This document shows, in pieces, positions 10,069-18,990 of a stretch of DNA of 64,000 nucleotides. This DNA is from Candidatus Eiseniibacteriota bacterium (GTDB taxonomy: Bacteria; Eisenbacteria; RBG-16-71-46): the NCBI GenBank assembly GCA_041483195.1, contig JBGPFC010000017.1, positions 1 through 64,000 on the forward strand, read 5' to 3'. The position numbers were made by a program, and so were the translations under genes. Under the pieces are notes generated by a model. That model was given only the letters and a program-made list of their open reading frames with translations. It did not search any database and was not told where the DNA came from. Every line of letters starts with the position of its first letter. Positions within the stretch are counted from its first letter, which is position 1.

Positions 10069-12783
10069 ATGTCCATCCGCGATCAGCTTCCCCCGGTGCT
10101 GCGTGGCGAGGTCGCTGCCGATCTCTCGGCCGACTCACGCGCACACCTCGAAGCGCTCGCGCACGAAGCGCAGATGGAACGCCAGCTGCCGCTGATGCGC
10201 GACGAATGCGCCGGACGCCTGAAGCAGCCGGGCGCCTCGAACGCCGTGGAGTATCTGCTGGCCGCCGCCTGCGCGCTGCACGGCGAGATGGAGCGCGCCC
10301 ACCAGACGTTGCTCGCGGTCGGCGAGAAGCTCGCGGCAGCTTCGCAGTGGGAGCCGCTCGCCGCGGTTGCCGAGCGCGCGCTCGCGCTCGAGACCAGCGC
10401 CGCCGCCGTGCACCTGCTGGTGCGCGCGCACGAGGGGCTGCGCGAGGAGCCGGCCCGCATCGAGGCGCTGCGCCGCGCGTGGTCGCTGCTCCCCGACGAT
10501 CTCGAGCTCGGGCTGCTGCTCACCGTCCGGCTCGGCGAGGCGGGGGAGGGCGACGAGCGCCGCATGCTGCTGGCCGAGCTGCTGCCGCGCTTCGCAGCGG
10601 AGCCGCCGTACGCGGGTCTCGAAGAGGCGGCGCTGGAGTTCGCGGAGCACCGCGACGCTGACGGACTCGCGAAGCTGATCGCGACGCTGCCCGCGCTCGC
10701 GGAGCAGGGCGCGTTCCAGGAATGCCGCCAGCTGCTCGAGATCGCGTTCCCGACGGTCGCGAAGGCGAAAGCCGCGGGGCCTTTGCACGACGCGCTCCGC
10801 GCGGTGGCGACCCGCGCGATCGAAACGAACGGTCCGACCGCGGGCGATCCGTTCCGCGCGGCGGTGGTGGAATCGCTGCGGCAGGGCCCGGCCCACTCGC
10901 TCCCCGACGGCGCGGCGGTGATCAAGGCGGCCGGGGCCGACGACAAGCACAAGCCGCTGATCGGAGCGCTCGAGCGCTTCGACTCGATCGCGGCGCTTCC
11001 CCCGCGGCGCGCGGTCATGCACGACTCGTTCGGCGCGGGCCGCATCGTCGCCAACGACGCCGCCGAGGTGCTCATCGACTTCGCCCAGCGCAAGGGCCAC
11101 CGCATGCCGTACGCCGCCGCCCGCCGCACGCTCACGCCGATCGAGGAGGACGACCTCCGCCTGCTGCGCGCCACGCAGCCCGATGCGCTCAAGCGTCTGC
11201 GCGAAGAGGACCCGGGAGCGGTGATCGCGCGCGCGCTCAAGGCGGTGGGCGGGAGCGGCGACGCGCAGAAGCTCAAGGTATTCCTGGTGGGCTCCGATCT
11301 GGTCGCGGCTTCCGACTGGACTCCGTTCTGGCGCAAGGCGCGCGCGGCCGCCGAGAAGAACCCTCGCATCGACGCATCGCGTGCCTTCGAGCAGCACTAC
11401 CGGCTGAAGCCGGAAGGCGGCAAGCCGGAGACCGGCGACACGCCGCTGCCCGCGCTCGAGCCGCGCAAGTCCGTGAAGACGAATCTCGGGACGATGCGCA
11501 AGTTTCTCTCCCAGCACCCCGATCTCGAATCCGCGCTCGCGCAGCGCTTCGGCCGCTACCTCGCGAACGCCATGCGCGACGAGGACGCCGATCGCGCCGA
11601 CCGCGCGCGCGCGGGGCTCTACATCGCGCGCTGGTATCCGGAGCGCGCCGACGAGTGGGCGGACGTGCTGCGGACGCTGTGGGAGGCGGGGCTCGCGATC
11701 GGCGACCTCAGCGGCGAGGAGGAGCAGCTCGCGCTGCTCGAGGTCTCGCACGCGGCCGGCGTCGAGGCCGACGCCATTCTGTCTGCGCTCGATTCGCGCT
11801 TCGCGGCGGTGCGCGACGCGGCCACGCGATTCCGAACGCGCCTCGACGACGCGGGACGGGCGGCGATGCGCCACACGCTGCTGCTGCACGCCGCGCGCTA
11901 CCCGGGGGCCGCGCTGCGCCTGGTCGAGGAGGATCTGTCGCGCGCGCCGCCGGCCGCCGACGCCTGGCTGGTGCTGAGCGCGGCGCTCGCGCTGATCGAG
12001 GATCGTCCCAAGGCGTCGGTCGCCGACAAGGTGCTCGGCTGGCTCGAGGCGGGCGGCGCGTTCGACCGCATGCTGGGCGGATCCCCGGCGCCGGACGAGA
12101 CCCGGCTCCGCATTCGAGTGTTGTTGCGCCAGTGGCGATCGAGCGATCGGTTCCTGTTCCCGGCCCTCGAAGCGGTCGAGCGGCTCGGCCTGGCCGAGGA
12201 GGCGGACGCGCTGCGGGCGTCGCGCCAGCAGCGCGCCGAGAAGCTGTTCGAAAACGTGGGACAGCTGGCCGAGGAGGCGAAGCTCTCGGTCATGACCCGC
12301 GCGACGTGGGAGCGGCTGAGCCGCGAGCTCGAGCGGCTCGAGCGCGAGCTGCGCACCACGATCCCCGCGGCCATCCAGAAGGCGCGCGAGCTCGGCGACC
12401 TGCGCGAGAACGCCGAATACCACTCGGCCAAGCTCAAGCAGGCGACGGTGAGCAAGCTGGTGCGCTCGCTCCAGCTGCGCCTCGCGCGCGCGCGCTTCGT
12501 TGACGACGCCGCGTTCAAGGACGGCGTCGCGGGACTCGGCACCGAGATCACCCTCGAGGGCGACGAAGAGGTCGCCACCTACTGGATCCTGGGCGAAGGC
12601 GAGCACCATCACGGCGATCACGTGGTGTCGTTCCAGGCGCCGGTGGGGCGCGCCCTGATGGGGCGCGCGATCGGCGACGAGGTCCAGCTCGGCGAGGGCG
12701 AGCTGCGCCGCAGCTATCGCATCGTCTCGATCGAGCGCCGTCTCCCGCCCGCCGAGCAGGCGCCGGAACAAACGCGCACGTAG
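10069..12783 (+). CDS. greA: GreA/GreB-family elongation factor with ~740-aa N-terminal extension
   Basis: C-terminal ARELGDLRENAEYHSAK and VSFQAPVGRALMG; upstream GGAGG. Confidence 0.85.
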   Translation: MSIRDQLPPVLRGEVAADLSADSRAHLEALAHEAQMERQLPLMRDECAGRLKQPGASNAVEYLLAAACALHGEMERAHQTLLAVGEKLAAASQWEPLAAVAERALALETSAAAVHLLVRAHEGLREEPARIEALRRAWSLLPDDLELGLLLTVRLGEAGEGDERRMLLAELLPRFAAEPPYAGLEEAALEFAEHRDADGLAKLIATLPALAEQGAFQECRQLLEIAFPTVAKAKAAGPLHDALRAVATRAIETNGPTAGDPFRAAVVESLRQGPAHSLPDGAAVIKAAGADDKHKPLIGALERFDSIAALPPRRAVMHDSFGAGRIVANDAAEVLIDFAQRKGHRMPYAAARRTLTPIEEDDLRLLRATQPDALKRLREEDPGAVIARALKAVGGSGDAQKLKVFLVGSDLVAASDWTPFWRKARAAAEKNPRIDASRAFEQHYRLKPEGGKPETGDTPLPALEPRKSVKTNLGTMRKFLSQHPDLESALAQRFGRYLANAMRDEDADRADRARAGLYIARWYPERADEWADVLRTLWEAGLAIGDLSGEEEQLALLEVSHAAGVEADAILSALDSRFAAVRDAATRFRTRLDDAGRAAMRHTLLLHAARYPGAALRLVEEDLSRAPPAADAWLVLSAALALIEDRPKASVADKVLGWLEAGGAFDRMLGGSPAPDETRLRIRVLLRQWRSSDRFLFPALEAVERLGLAEEADALRASRQQRAEKLFENVGQLAEEAKLSVMTRATWERLSRELERLERELRTTIPAAIQKARELGDLRENAEYHSAKLKQATVSKLVRSLQLRLARARFVDDAAFKDGVAGLGTEITLEGDEEVATYWILGEGEHHHGDHVVSFQAPVGRALMGRAIGDEVQLGEGELRRSYRIVSIERRLPPAEQAPEQTRT

Positions 12784-12961
12784 CGTTCGTTCGCAAAGTC
12801 AAGTCTCCATTCGGCCCATCGCGCGCGCATCGCGCGCGCATCGCGCCGTCGCGAAAACTTTCATTGGCGCGAGCCGAGCGACACGCTAAGGTAGCGCCCT
12901 CGACTTCGCAGTTCTCCCGTCGGGTGGGGCGCACCGCCCGGCGGCGCAACAACACAAAATT

Positions 12962-13142
12962 TCGCGAGGCGCGCGGAAACCCCGCGCGTCCGCTGCGCTG
13001 CTCTTGTGGGCGGCGAAGACATTGAAGTTTGGCCGCAATCGTATCGGTGACCTTCGTGTCACCCGCTGCGTTGGGTTGGAAAGGGAATTCCCGCCGCCCA
13101 CTTGTTTCATTGGTGCGCGCCGCGAGGTCCTGCGCCTCGCGA
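12962..13142 (-). ncRNA. ssrS: Putative 6S RNA
   Basis: 181-nt rod: terminal arms 12962-12972/13132-13142, inner stem 13006-13015/13092-13101, apical hairpin 13046-13063, A/C-rich bubbles; G-U pairs work only on minus strand. Confidence 0.6.
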
Positions 13143-13164
13143 CCCGCGACCGCCGAGGTCCATC

Positions 13165-13851
13165 ATGTCGCTCGGAGCGCGCACGCACGGCCTCACGCTG
13201 AACGTCGACGACTCGCTGCGCGGCGCGCTGGCGCTCGGGGTGCTCGAGGCGGAAGACGTGAGCCTCGAACCGCTCTCTCCCGAATTCGAGGCGGAGCTCG
13301 AGCGCGTGATCGCGCGCCTGGTCGGCCGCTTCGCGGGCAAGCCGGCCACCGACGTGCCGGGCGTCGCGGAGACCCGGGCGCTGTTCCATCGTCTCGATCT
13401 CGATCCCACCCGCACCCGGCCGAGCAGCGAGGCACTGCTGCGCCGGGTCCTGCAGGGCAAGGGCCTGCCGCGGGTCAATCCCGCGGTCGATGTCTGCAAC
13501 CTCTGCTCGCTCGAGCTCCAGATACCGCTCGGGCTCTACGATCGCGACGAGGTGAAGGGCGATCTCTCGCTGCGCGTCGGGCGCGCGGGCGAGGGCTACA
13601 CCGGGATCCGCAAGCAGCGCGTGAACCTCGCCGGCCGGCTCCTGATCGCCGACGAGGGCGGCCCGTTCGGCGCGCCCACCGCGGATTCGGCTCACACGGC
13701 CGTGAAGTCTCGGACGCGCAATCTCATGGTCGTCGCGTTCTGCCCCGTCGAGCGCGCCGGGCAGGATCTCTCGGTGGCACTCGAGCGGATCTCGGACATG
13801 CTCGCGCGTTTCTGCTCGGGGCGCGTGCTCGCGGTGCGCGTCACGCAGTAA
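13165..13851 (+). CDS. B3/4 domain protein (PheRS-beta-like editing domain)
   Basis: DPTRTRPSSEALLRRV, VNPAVDVCNLCSL, PLGLYD, DEGGPFG. Confidence 0.9.
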   Translation: MSLGARTHGLTLNVDDSLRGALALGVLEAEDVSLEPLSPEFEAELERVIARLVGRFAGKPATDVPGVAETRALFHRLDLDPTRTRPSSEALLRRVLQGKGLPRVNPAVDVCNLCSLELQIPLGLYDRDEVKGDLSLRVGRAGEGYTGIRKQRVNLAGRLLIADEGGPFGAPTADSAHTAVKSRTRNLMVVAFCPVERAGQDLSVALERISDMLARFCSGRVLAVRVTQ

Positions 13852-14056
13852 CCGCGCCCCGGCGAGTCGTTTCGTACACCGCCGCAACCTCAAAGCCACG
13901 CGGGGCTTCGCGCGCCGCGGGCCCGGAATGGGCGGCCCGCGCGCACCAAATCCTTGACCGTGCTCTCCGCGCCCGCCTAGATTCTACGCTCTCACCGTTC
14001 CCCGACGCAGCGTTTCGGCCCCGGGATCCCGGTGGCCGCACGAGGAGGTCTCGAAT

Positions 14057-14596
14057 ATGAATCGGCGATTCATGATCGCGCTGATCGCGCTGGCGCTGGT
14101 GCCCGCCGCGGCGAGCGCTCGCGGGGTCGGGCTCGGCGTGTTCGGCGGCGCGAGCATCCCCATCCTTCAGGACAACGCGACCCAGGGCACCCAGTTCGGC
14201 GCGCGCGTCCCGGTCAACATCGTGCCGCTGCTCACGGTCGAGCCGTTCTACGCGAAGTCCAAGCTCGGCGACAAGACCGACACCTTCGCGGGGCTGAGCT
14301 ACACCCGCGACGGCGGCGAGGTCACATCGTTCGGGGCGAACGTGATGCTGAACCTCGGCGGGCCGGTCTCGTTCTATCCGTTCGCGGGGCTCACCTCGAG
14401 CAAGCTTGAGGTCACCGGCTCCGAGGACGTGAAGAAGACCGGCTACGACTTCGGCCTCGGTTTCGGCATCGCCATCGTGCCCAAGCTGCGCCTCGACGTG
14501 CGCGGCGAGCTCAACGCCGTCGTCACGGACCAGACCTCGCGCAAGTACGGCAACATCACCGGCGGAGTGTCGTACGCCCTGTTCAGCATGCCCTAG
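14057..14596 (+). CDS. Small outer-membrane beta-barrel protein
   Basis: RBS GAGGAGG; signal peptide; alternating beta strands; C-terminal GGVSYALF. Confidence 0.8.
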   Translation: MNRRFMIALIALALVPAAASARGVGLGVFGGASIPILQDNATQGTQFGARVPVNIVPLLTVEPFYAKSKLGDKTDTFAGLSYTRDGGEVTSFGANVMLNLGGPVSFYPFAGLTSSKLEVTGSEDVKKTGYDFGLGFGIAIVPKLRLDVRGELNAVVTDQTSRKYGNITGGVSYALFSMP

Positions 14597-14608
14597 GAGG
14601 CTCGCGTC

Positions 14609-15160
14609 ATGAAAAATCTTCGACTGATTCTACCGAGCCTCGCGCTGGCCGCGCTCACATCGACGGGGTGCTGGCTGGTCTCGGGGCAGTTCATCGTGCC
14701 GGTGGAGCTCACCAGTCCCCTGACCGTCGCCAGCGCCACCACGATCGCCGCGGCTCAGGTCGATCTCAACACGAACGGCGACTACAAGGACCACAAGGCG
14801 GATCTCAAGGGTCTCGCGGATCTCGCCCTGCTCGGCATCTTCACGAACACGGGCGCGGGCGCGCTCGACGTCATCGTGTACATGACCCCCGCGACGACCA
14901 CGTACACCACGGCCGCGCAGCTGACCGCAGACGGCACCAAGATCAAGGTGTGGGGCCCGTTCACGCTCGGCGTCGGCGCCAGCAAGAAGATCGGCTGGGA
15001 CGAGTCGGCGGCGCTGTTCGGCGCGGCCGGCAAGGCGGCCGTCCTGAGCGAGGTCAAGGGCGACGGAATCTTCACGCTCTACGCCGTGGGCGCGTCGGCG
15101 CCGTACGCATTCAAGCTCGAGAAGGGCGTCGCGGTCGTCGTCATCGACGCCGGAAAATAA
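14609..15160 (+). CDS. Hypothetical lipoprotein
   Basis: RBS AGGAGG; lipobox-like LTSTGC; beta-rich. Confidence 0.75.
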   Translation: MKNLRLILPSLALAALTSTGCWLVSGQFIVPVELTSPLTVASATTIAAAQVDLNTNGDYKDHKADLKGLADLALLGIFTNTGAGALDVIVYMTPATTTYTTAAQLTADGTKIKVWGPFTLGVGASKKIGWDESAALFGAAGKAAVLSEVKGDGIFTLYAVGASAPYAFKLEKGVAVVVIDAGK

Positions 15161-15238
15161 CAACCATCCCGGCCAGCGCGGGCCGCATGCGTCGCCGACG
15201 CCATGCCGGCCCGCGCGGGTCCGCGCCGCGCGGAGCCG

Positions 15239-17017
15239 CTAGCCCGCCCAGCGATTCGTGATGGGAAGCCGGCGATCCTTGCCGAACGCGCGCGGCGAGA
15301 TCTTGATCCCGGGCGGGCTCTGGCGGCGCTTGTACTCGGCCCGGTCCACCATCTCGATCACGCGCCGCACGATCGCGGCGTCGAAGCCCATCTCCGAGAT
15401 CTCGCGCGCGGAGCGATCCTCCTCGACGTAGAGCCGCAGGATCGGATCGAGCACCTCGTAGGGCGGCAGCGTGTCCTGGTCGGTCTGGTCCGCCTTGAGC
15501 TCCGCGCTGGGCGGCCGCGTGAGTGTGCGCTCGGGGATCGCCGCCGCTCCGCGCTCGTTCCGGTAGCGCGCGAGCTGATAGATCATGGTCTTGTACACGT
15601 CCTTCAGCACCGCGAATCCGCCGGCGGTGTCGCCATACAGCGTGCAGTAGCCCACCGACACCTCGCTCTTGTTGCCGGTGGTGAGCACCAGCCACCCGAA
15701 CTTGTTGGAGAGCGCCATCAGGTCGTTGCCCCGGATGCGCGCCTGGAGGTTCTCCTCCGTGATGTCGGGCGCGCGTTCCGCGAACGACGGCGCGAGCGTC
15801 CCGACGTAGGCTTCGTAGACGCTGGCGATCGGGATCGTCTCGAAGCGGATGCCGAGCGCGAGCGCGAGCGCCTCCGCGTCCTCGCGCGAAGCGGCGGCGG
15901 TGAACTCCGACGGCATGCTCACGCCCACGACGTGCTCCGGCCCCAGCGCGTCCGCCGCGATGCAGGCGCAGAGCGCGGAGTCGATCCCGCCCGACAGCCC
16001 GAGCACCGCGGTGTCGAAGCCGTTCTTCTCGACGTAATCCCGCGTGCCCAGCACCAGCGCGTCGTAGATCTCGGCCACCAGCGTCCGCTCTGCGACCGCG
16101 GGGCGCTTCGCGATCGCGGGCCGGAGCGCCACCGCGGTCGCGACCCCGCCGTTGCCTCCGCCCAGCGTGTGCGCGAGGTCGCCGCCCACCGCCGGCAGCT
16201 CGATGCGCGCGGTGGGATCGCCGCTGTCCATCACGCGGCCCTTGCGCAGGCGCGGGTCGTGGAGGCGCGCGTTGAACACCTCGTCGAGATCCACGTCCGC
16301 CATCACGAGGTCGTCGCTGAACATGTCGCCCTCGGCCAGCACCCGCCCCTGCTCGTCGATGATCAGGCTGCCGCCGTCGTAGATGATCTCGTCCTGGCCG
16401 CCGACGAGATTCACGTAGCACACCACCGCCAGATTGTCGGCGGCGCGCGTGCACAGCATGCGCTTGCGCGCCTGCGCCTTGCCCGCGTGGTAGGGCGAGG
16501 CCGAGAGATTGATGACCACCTCGGCGCCGCCGCGGATCACCTGCTCTTCGACCGGGCCGCCCGGGTACCAGATGTCCTCGCAGATGTTGAGCCCGATCAC
16601 GGTGCGGCCGCGCGCGAACACCGGGTTCTTGGTGGCAGACATGAAGTAGCGATTCTCGTCGAACACGCCGTAGTTCGGGAGGTAGCGCTTGCGATACGTC
16701 CCCATCCACTCGCCGTCGTGGAGCACCGCCGCCGCGTTGAATAGGTCGATGTCCCGCTCCACCGTCCCCACCATCACCGTCATGCCGCGCGTGTGCGGCA
16801 GGAGGTCGCGGGTGCGCTCGATCGCCCGGTCGATGAACGAGGGCTTGAGCAGGAGGTCCTCTGGCGGATAGCCGGTGATCACCATTTCGGGGAGCGCGAG
16901 CACGTCGACGCCCTGCTCGCGGGCGTTCTCGATCGCCGCGACGATCCGGCCGAAGTTGCCGTCGAGATCGCCGACGGTGGGGTTGATCTGGGCGAGGCCG
17001 AGTCTCAACTGTCGCAT
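15239..17017 (-). CDS. nadE: Glutamine-dependent NAD+ synthetase
   Basis: Nitrilase domain (PEM, KRYLPNYGVFDE, ICEDIW) plus LSGGIDS, ENLQARIRG, TTGNKSE, EYKRRQ. Confidence 0.97.
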   Translation of the reverse strand: MRQLRLGLAQINPTVGDLDGNFGRIVAAIENAREQGVDVLALPEMVITGYPPEDLLLKPSFIDRAIERTRDLLPHTRGMTVMVGTVERDIDLFNAAAVLHDGEWMGTYRKRYLPNYGVFDENRYFMSATKNPVFARGRTVIGLNICEDIWYPGGPVEEQVIRGGAEVVINLSASPYHAGKAQARKRMLCTRAADNLAVVCYVNLVGGQDEIIYDGGSLIIDEQGRVLAEGDMFSDDLVMADVDLDEVFNARLHDPRLRKGRVMDSGDPTARIELPAVGGDLAHTLGGGNGGVATAVALRPAIAKRPAVAERTLVAEIYDALVLGTRDYVEKNGFDTAVLGLSGGIDSALCACIAADALGPEHVVGVSMPSEFTAAASREDAEALALALGIRFETIPIASVYEAYVGTLAPSFAERAPDITEENLQARIRGNDLMALSNKFGWLVLTTGNKSEVSVGYCTLYGDTAGGFAVLKDVYKTMIYQLARYRNERGAAAIPERTLTRPPSAELKADQTDQDTLPPYEVLDPILRLYVEEDRSAREISEMGFDAAIVRRVIEMVDRAEYKRRQSPPGIKISPRAFGKDRRLPITNRWAG

Positions 17018-17026
17018 GGGGCGGCG

Positions 17027-17055
17027 ATTGTCGTGCTTCGGTCGGGATGGCGCAA
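17027..17055 (-). promoter_or_regulatory. Putative sigma70 promoter for a near-leaderless nadE transcript
   Basis: TTGCGC-N17-GACAAT ending 9 nt before the ATG; no RBS visible. Confidence 0.4.
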
Positions 17056-17079
17056 GGCAGCGGGGGAGAAGCTCGTTCC

Positions 17080-17109
17080 AAACGAAAACGCCCGGCCAAA
17101 AGCCGGGCG
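17080..17109 (-). terminator. Intrinsic terminator upstream of nadE
   Basis: CGCCCGGC/GCCGGGCG stem followed by TTTTCGTTT on minus strand. Confidence 0.8.
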
Positions 17110-17348
17110 GTCCCGTTCTGTGCGGGCGTGAGCGCCCGCAACTTCAAGAGGGAAGGCTGGAGTTCGGCGCTTGTTGCCTGATCACGCCTTCCGACCCTTC
17201 GGGCGGCAGGGGCCTCGCAGGACCCATTTCTTTACTGCATGCCGTCAGGGCTCTTGAATGCATTCGAGGTCCGACTCTGGAGCCGGACGCCGGAGACCAG
17301 GACTCGCAAGTCCCGGGCCGCAGGGGTCTCGGCCCCCCGAACGCACGC
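17080..17348 (-). ncRNA. Unassigned structured RNA (~270 nt) or nadE leader
   Basis: Multiple nested stems with minus-strand G-U pairs; flanked by promoter-like and terminator elements; no credible CDS. Confidence 0.5.
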
Positions 17349-17353
17349 AAGTG

Positions 17354-17383
17354 ATTGTGGCAGTGTGGGGGTGGCTGGGACAA
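17354..17383 (-). promoter_or_regulatory. Putative extended -10 sigma70 promoter for the structured RNA
   Basis: TTGTCC-N18-CACAAT with TGn extension. Confidence 0.45.
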
Positions 17384-17468
17384 GGGCTATTTTGACCGGC
17401 CCGCCGATGCGGCAGACGCCCGGGGAATGGGCAAGTTGCCACACGGAGGCGGCCAAAAGCAGGGCGTC

Positions 17469-17502
17469 GGCCGAGGCGCGGCGGAGGGTCCGCGCCTCGG
17501 CC
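17469..17502 (-). terminator. Hairpin after MFS gene
   Basis: 13-bp perfect stem GGCCGAGGCGCGG/CCGCGCCTCGGCC 17 nt past the stop; weak U-tract. Confidence 0.5.
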
Positions 17503-17519
17503 CGTGTGACCCGGAGGGG

Positions 17520-18965
17520 CTATCCCGGGTGTCCCTTTGGCCGCCCGCCCCGCAACCCCGCGAGCACGGCCGCCAACGCCCCCACCGAGGCCAGCGCGAG
17601 GAACGCGTCGCGGGTCGCGAGCGCGAACGCGACCCGTCCCGCGGCCCCGATGTGGCCGATCGCGAGCGCGCCGCCTCCGTGCGCCCCGTAACGCGACGCC
17701 ACGATCGCGGCGGTCGCGGCGGCGCCTCCCGAAATCCCGAGATTGCGCATGGTCGCCTGGATTCCCGACGCCAACCCCAGCGACTCGTGCGGCGCCGCGC
17801 TCAACAGCGCCGTGGTGTTGGGCACTGTGAAGATCCCGAGCCCGACGCCGATCAGCGCCATGCCGCCGAGGATGTGACCGGGATGCGGGCTCACTCCCAC
17901 CCCCGAGAGCAGGACGAACCCCGCGGCCGTGAGCGCGAGCCCGGCGACGCTCGGAACACGCGGGCCCGCCAGGTCCGCCCATCGCCCGGCGAGCGGGGCG
18001 AGCAGCAGCGCCGCGAGCGGCATCACCGCGAGCCACTGGCCGCTCTTCTCGGCGCCGAACCCCAGCACCTCTTCGAAGTAGAGCGGCAGGTGGAATCCCA
18101 CCGCGATCGAGAGCGACTGGCCGAGCAGCGCGAGCAGCGCGGAGAGGCCGAGCGGGCCGCGCAACAGGGCGAGCGGAAGCATGGGCTCGCGCGCGCGGCG
18201 CTCGTTGAGCGCGAACAGCGCGAGCATCAGCAGCGCGCCGGCGAACAACGGCCCCACCAGCCGCGGCGACCATGCGCGCTCGGGGCCGAGCGATAGCGCG
18301 AGCATCAGCAGCACGAGACCGCCGAACCAGAGCGCGGTCCCCGGCACGTCGATGCGCGCGTCGGGCCGGGCGCCGCGCTCGGCCGGCACCCGAGAGCGGA
18401 GCTGCCACTGTGCGAGCAGGCCGAGCGGCAGGTTGATCACGAAGATCCAGCGCCACGAGAGGTGACCCACGATCAGCCCGCCCAGCGGCGGGCCGAGCGC
18501 GAGCCCCACGCCCACCATCGCGCCGAAGCCGCCGAGCGCGCGGCCGCGCTCCTCCGGCGGGAAATTCGAGACCAGCAGCGCCGCGCTGTTCGCGGTCATC
18601 AGCGCCGCGCCGATCCCCTGCAGCGCGCGCGCCGCGATCAGCCACGGCGCGGAGACCGCCGCCGCACAGGCCCCCGATGCGAGCGTGAAGATCGCGAGCC
18701 CGGTCCCGTACACGAGGCGGCGCCCGACCATGTCGGCGAGTCGGCCGGCGGCGAGCAACAGGCCGGTGATGGTCACGACGTACGCGAGCACCACCCACTC
18801 GATGGTGGTGAGCGGCGCGTGAAAGGTGCGCGCGAGGGTGGGGAGCGCGATGTTGACGACGCTGATGTCGAGCGTCGCCATCAGCGTGCCGAGCGCGAGC
18901 GCCGGAAACACGCGCCAGCGCGGGAACTCCGCGCCTGGCGCGGGCGCTGGCGTCGAACCGGTCAC
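17520..18965 (-). CDS. DHA2-family (EmrB/QacA-like) MFS transporter
   Basis: LDISVVNIALPT, GRLADMVGRR, ARALQGIG, LGPPLGG, WRWIFVINLP. Confidence 0.93.
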   Translation of the reverse strand: MTGSTPAPAPGAEFPRWRVFPALALGTLMATLDISVVNIALPTLARTFHAPLTTIEWVVLAYVVTITGLLLAAGRLADMVGRRLVYGTGLAIFTLASGACAAAVSAPWLIAARALQGIGAALMTANSAALLVSNFPPEERGRALGGFGAMVGVGLALGPPLGGLIVGHLSWRWIFVINLPLGLLAQWQLRSRVPAERGARPDARIDVPGTALWFGGLVLLMLALSLGPERAWSPRLVGPLFAGALLMLALFALNERRAREPMLPLALLRGPLGLSALLALLGQSLSIAVGFHLPLYFEEVLGFGAEKSGQWLAVMPLAALLLAPLAGRWADLAGPRVPSVAGLALTAAGFVLLSGVGVSPHPGHILGGMALIGVGLGIFTVPNTTALLSAAPHESLGLASGIQATMRNLGISGGAAATAAIVASRYGAHGGGALAIGHIGAAGRVAFALATRDAFLALASVGALAAVLAGLRGGRPKGHPG

Positions 18966-18990
18966 GTCGGGCTTGCGTTCGGCGCGCGGC

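Noticed and set aside
12817..12846. Short tandem repeat CATCGCGCGCG
   Set aside because: Under three copies, no spacers; not CRISPR
13006..13101. tRNA-like closed stem
   Set aside because: No D, anticodon or T loops; better explained as part of the 181-nt rod
17095..17125. RNase P-like ACAGAAC...CCCGGCUU
   Set aside because: No GAGGAAAGUCC partner; CCCGGC belongs to the terminator stem
17160..17230. Large SRP-like GGGUCCUGCG
   Set aside because: Helix-8 CAGG-GNRA-AGCA motif missing
17143..17258. SAM-I-like words UCAAGAG and GGCAAC
   Set aside because: P3 cannot form (GGCAAC-AA-GCGCC), the SAM-binding U is absent, and AAGAG is fully paired
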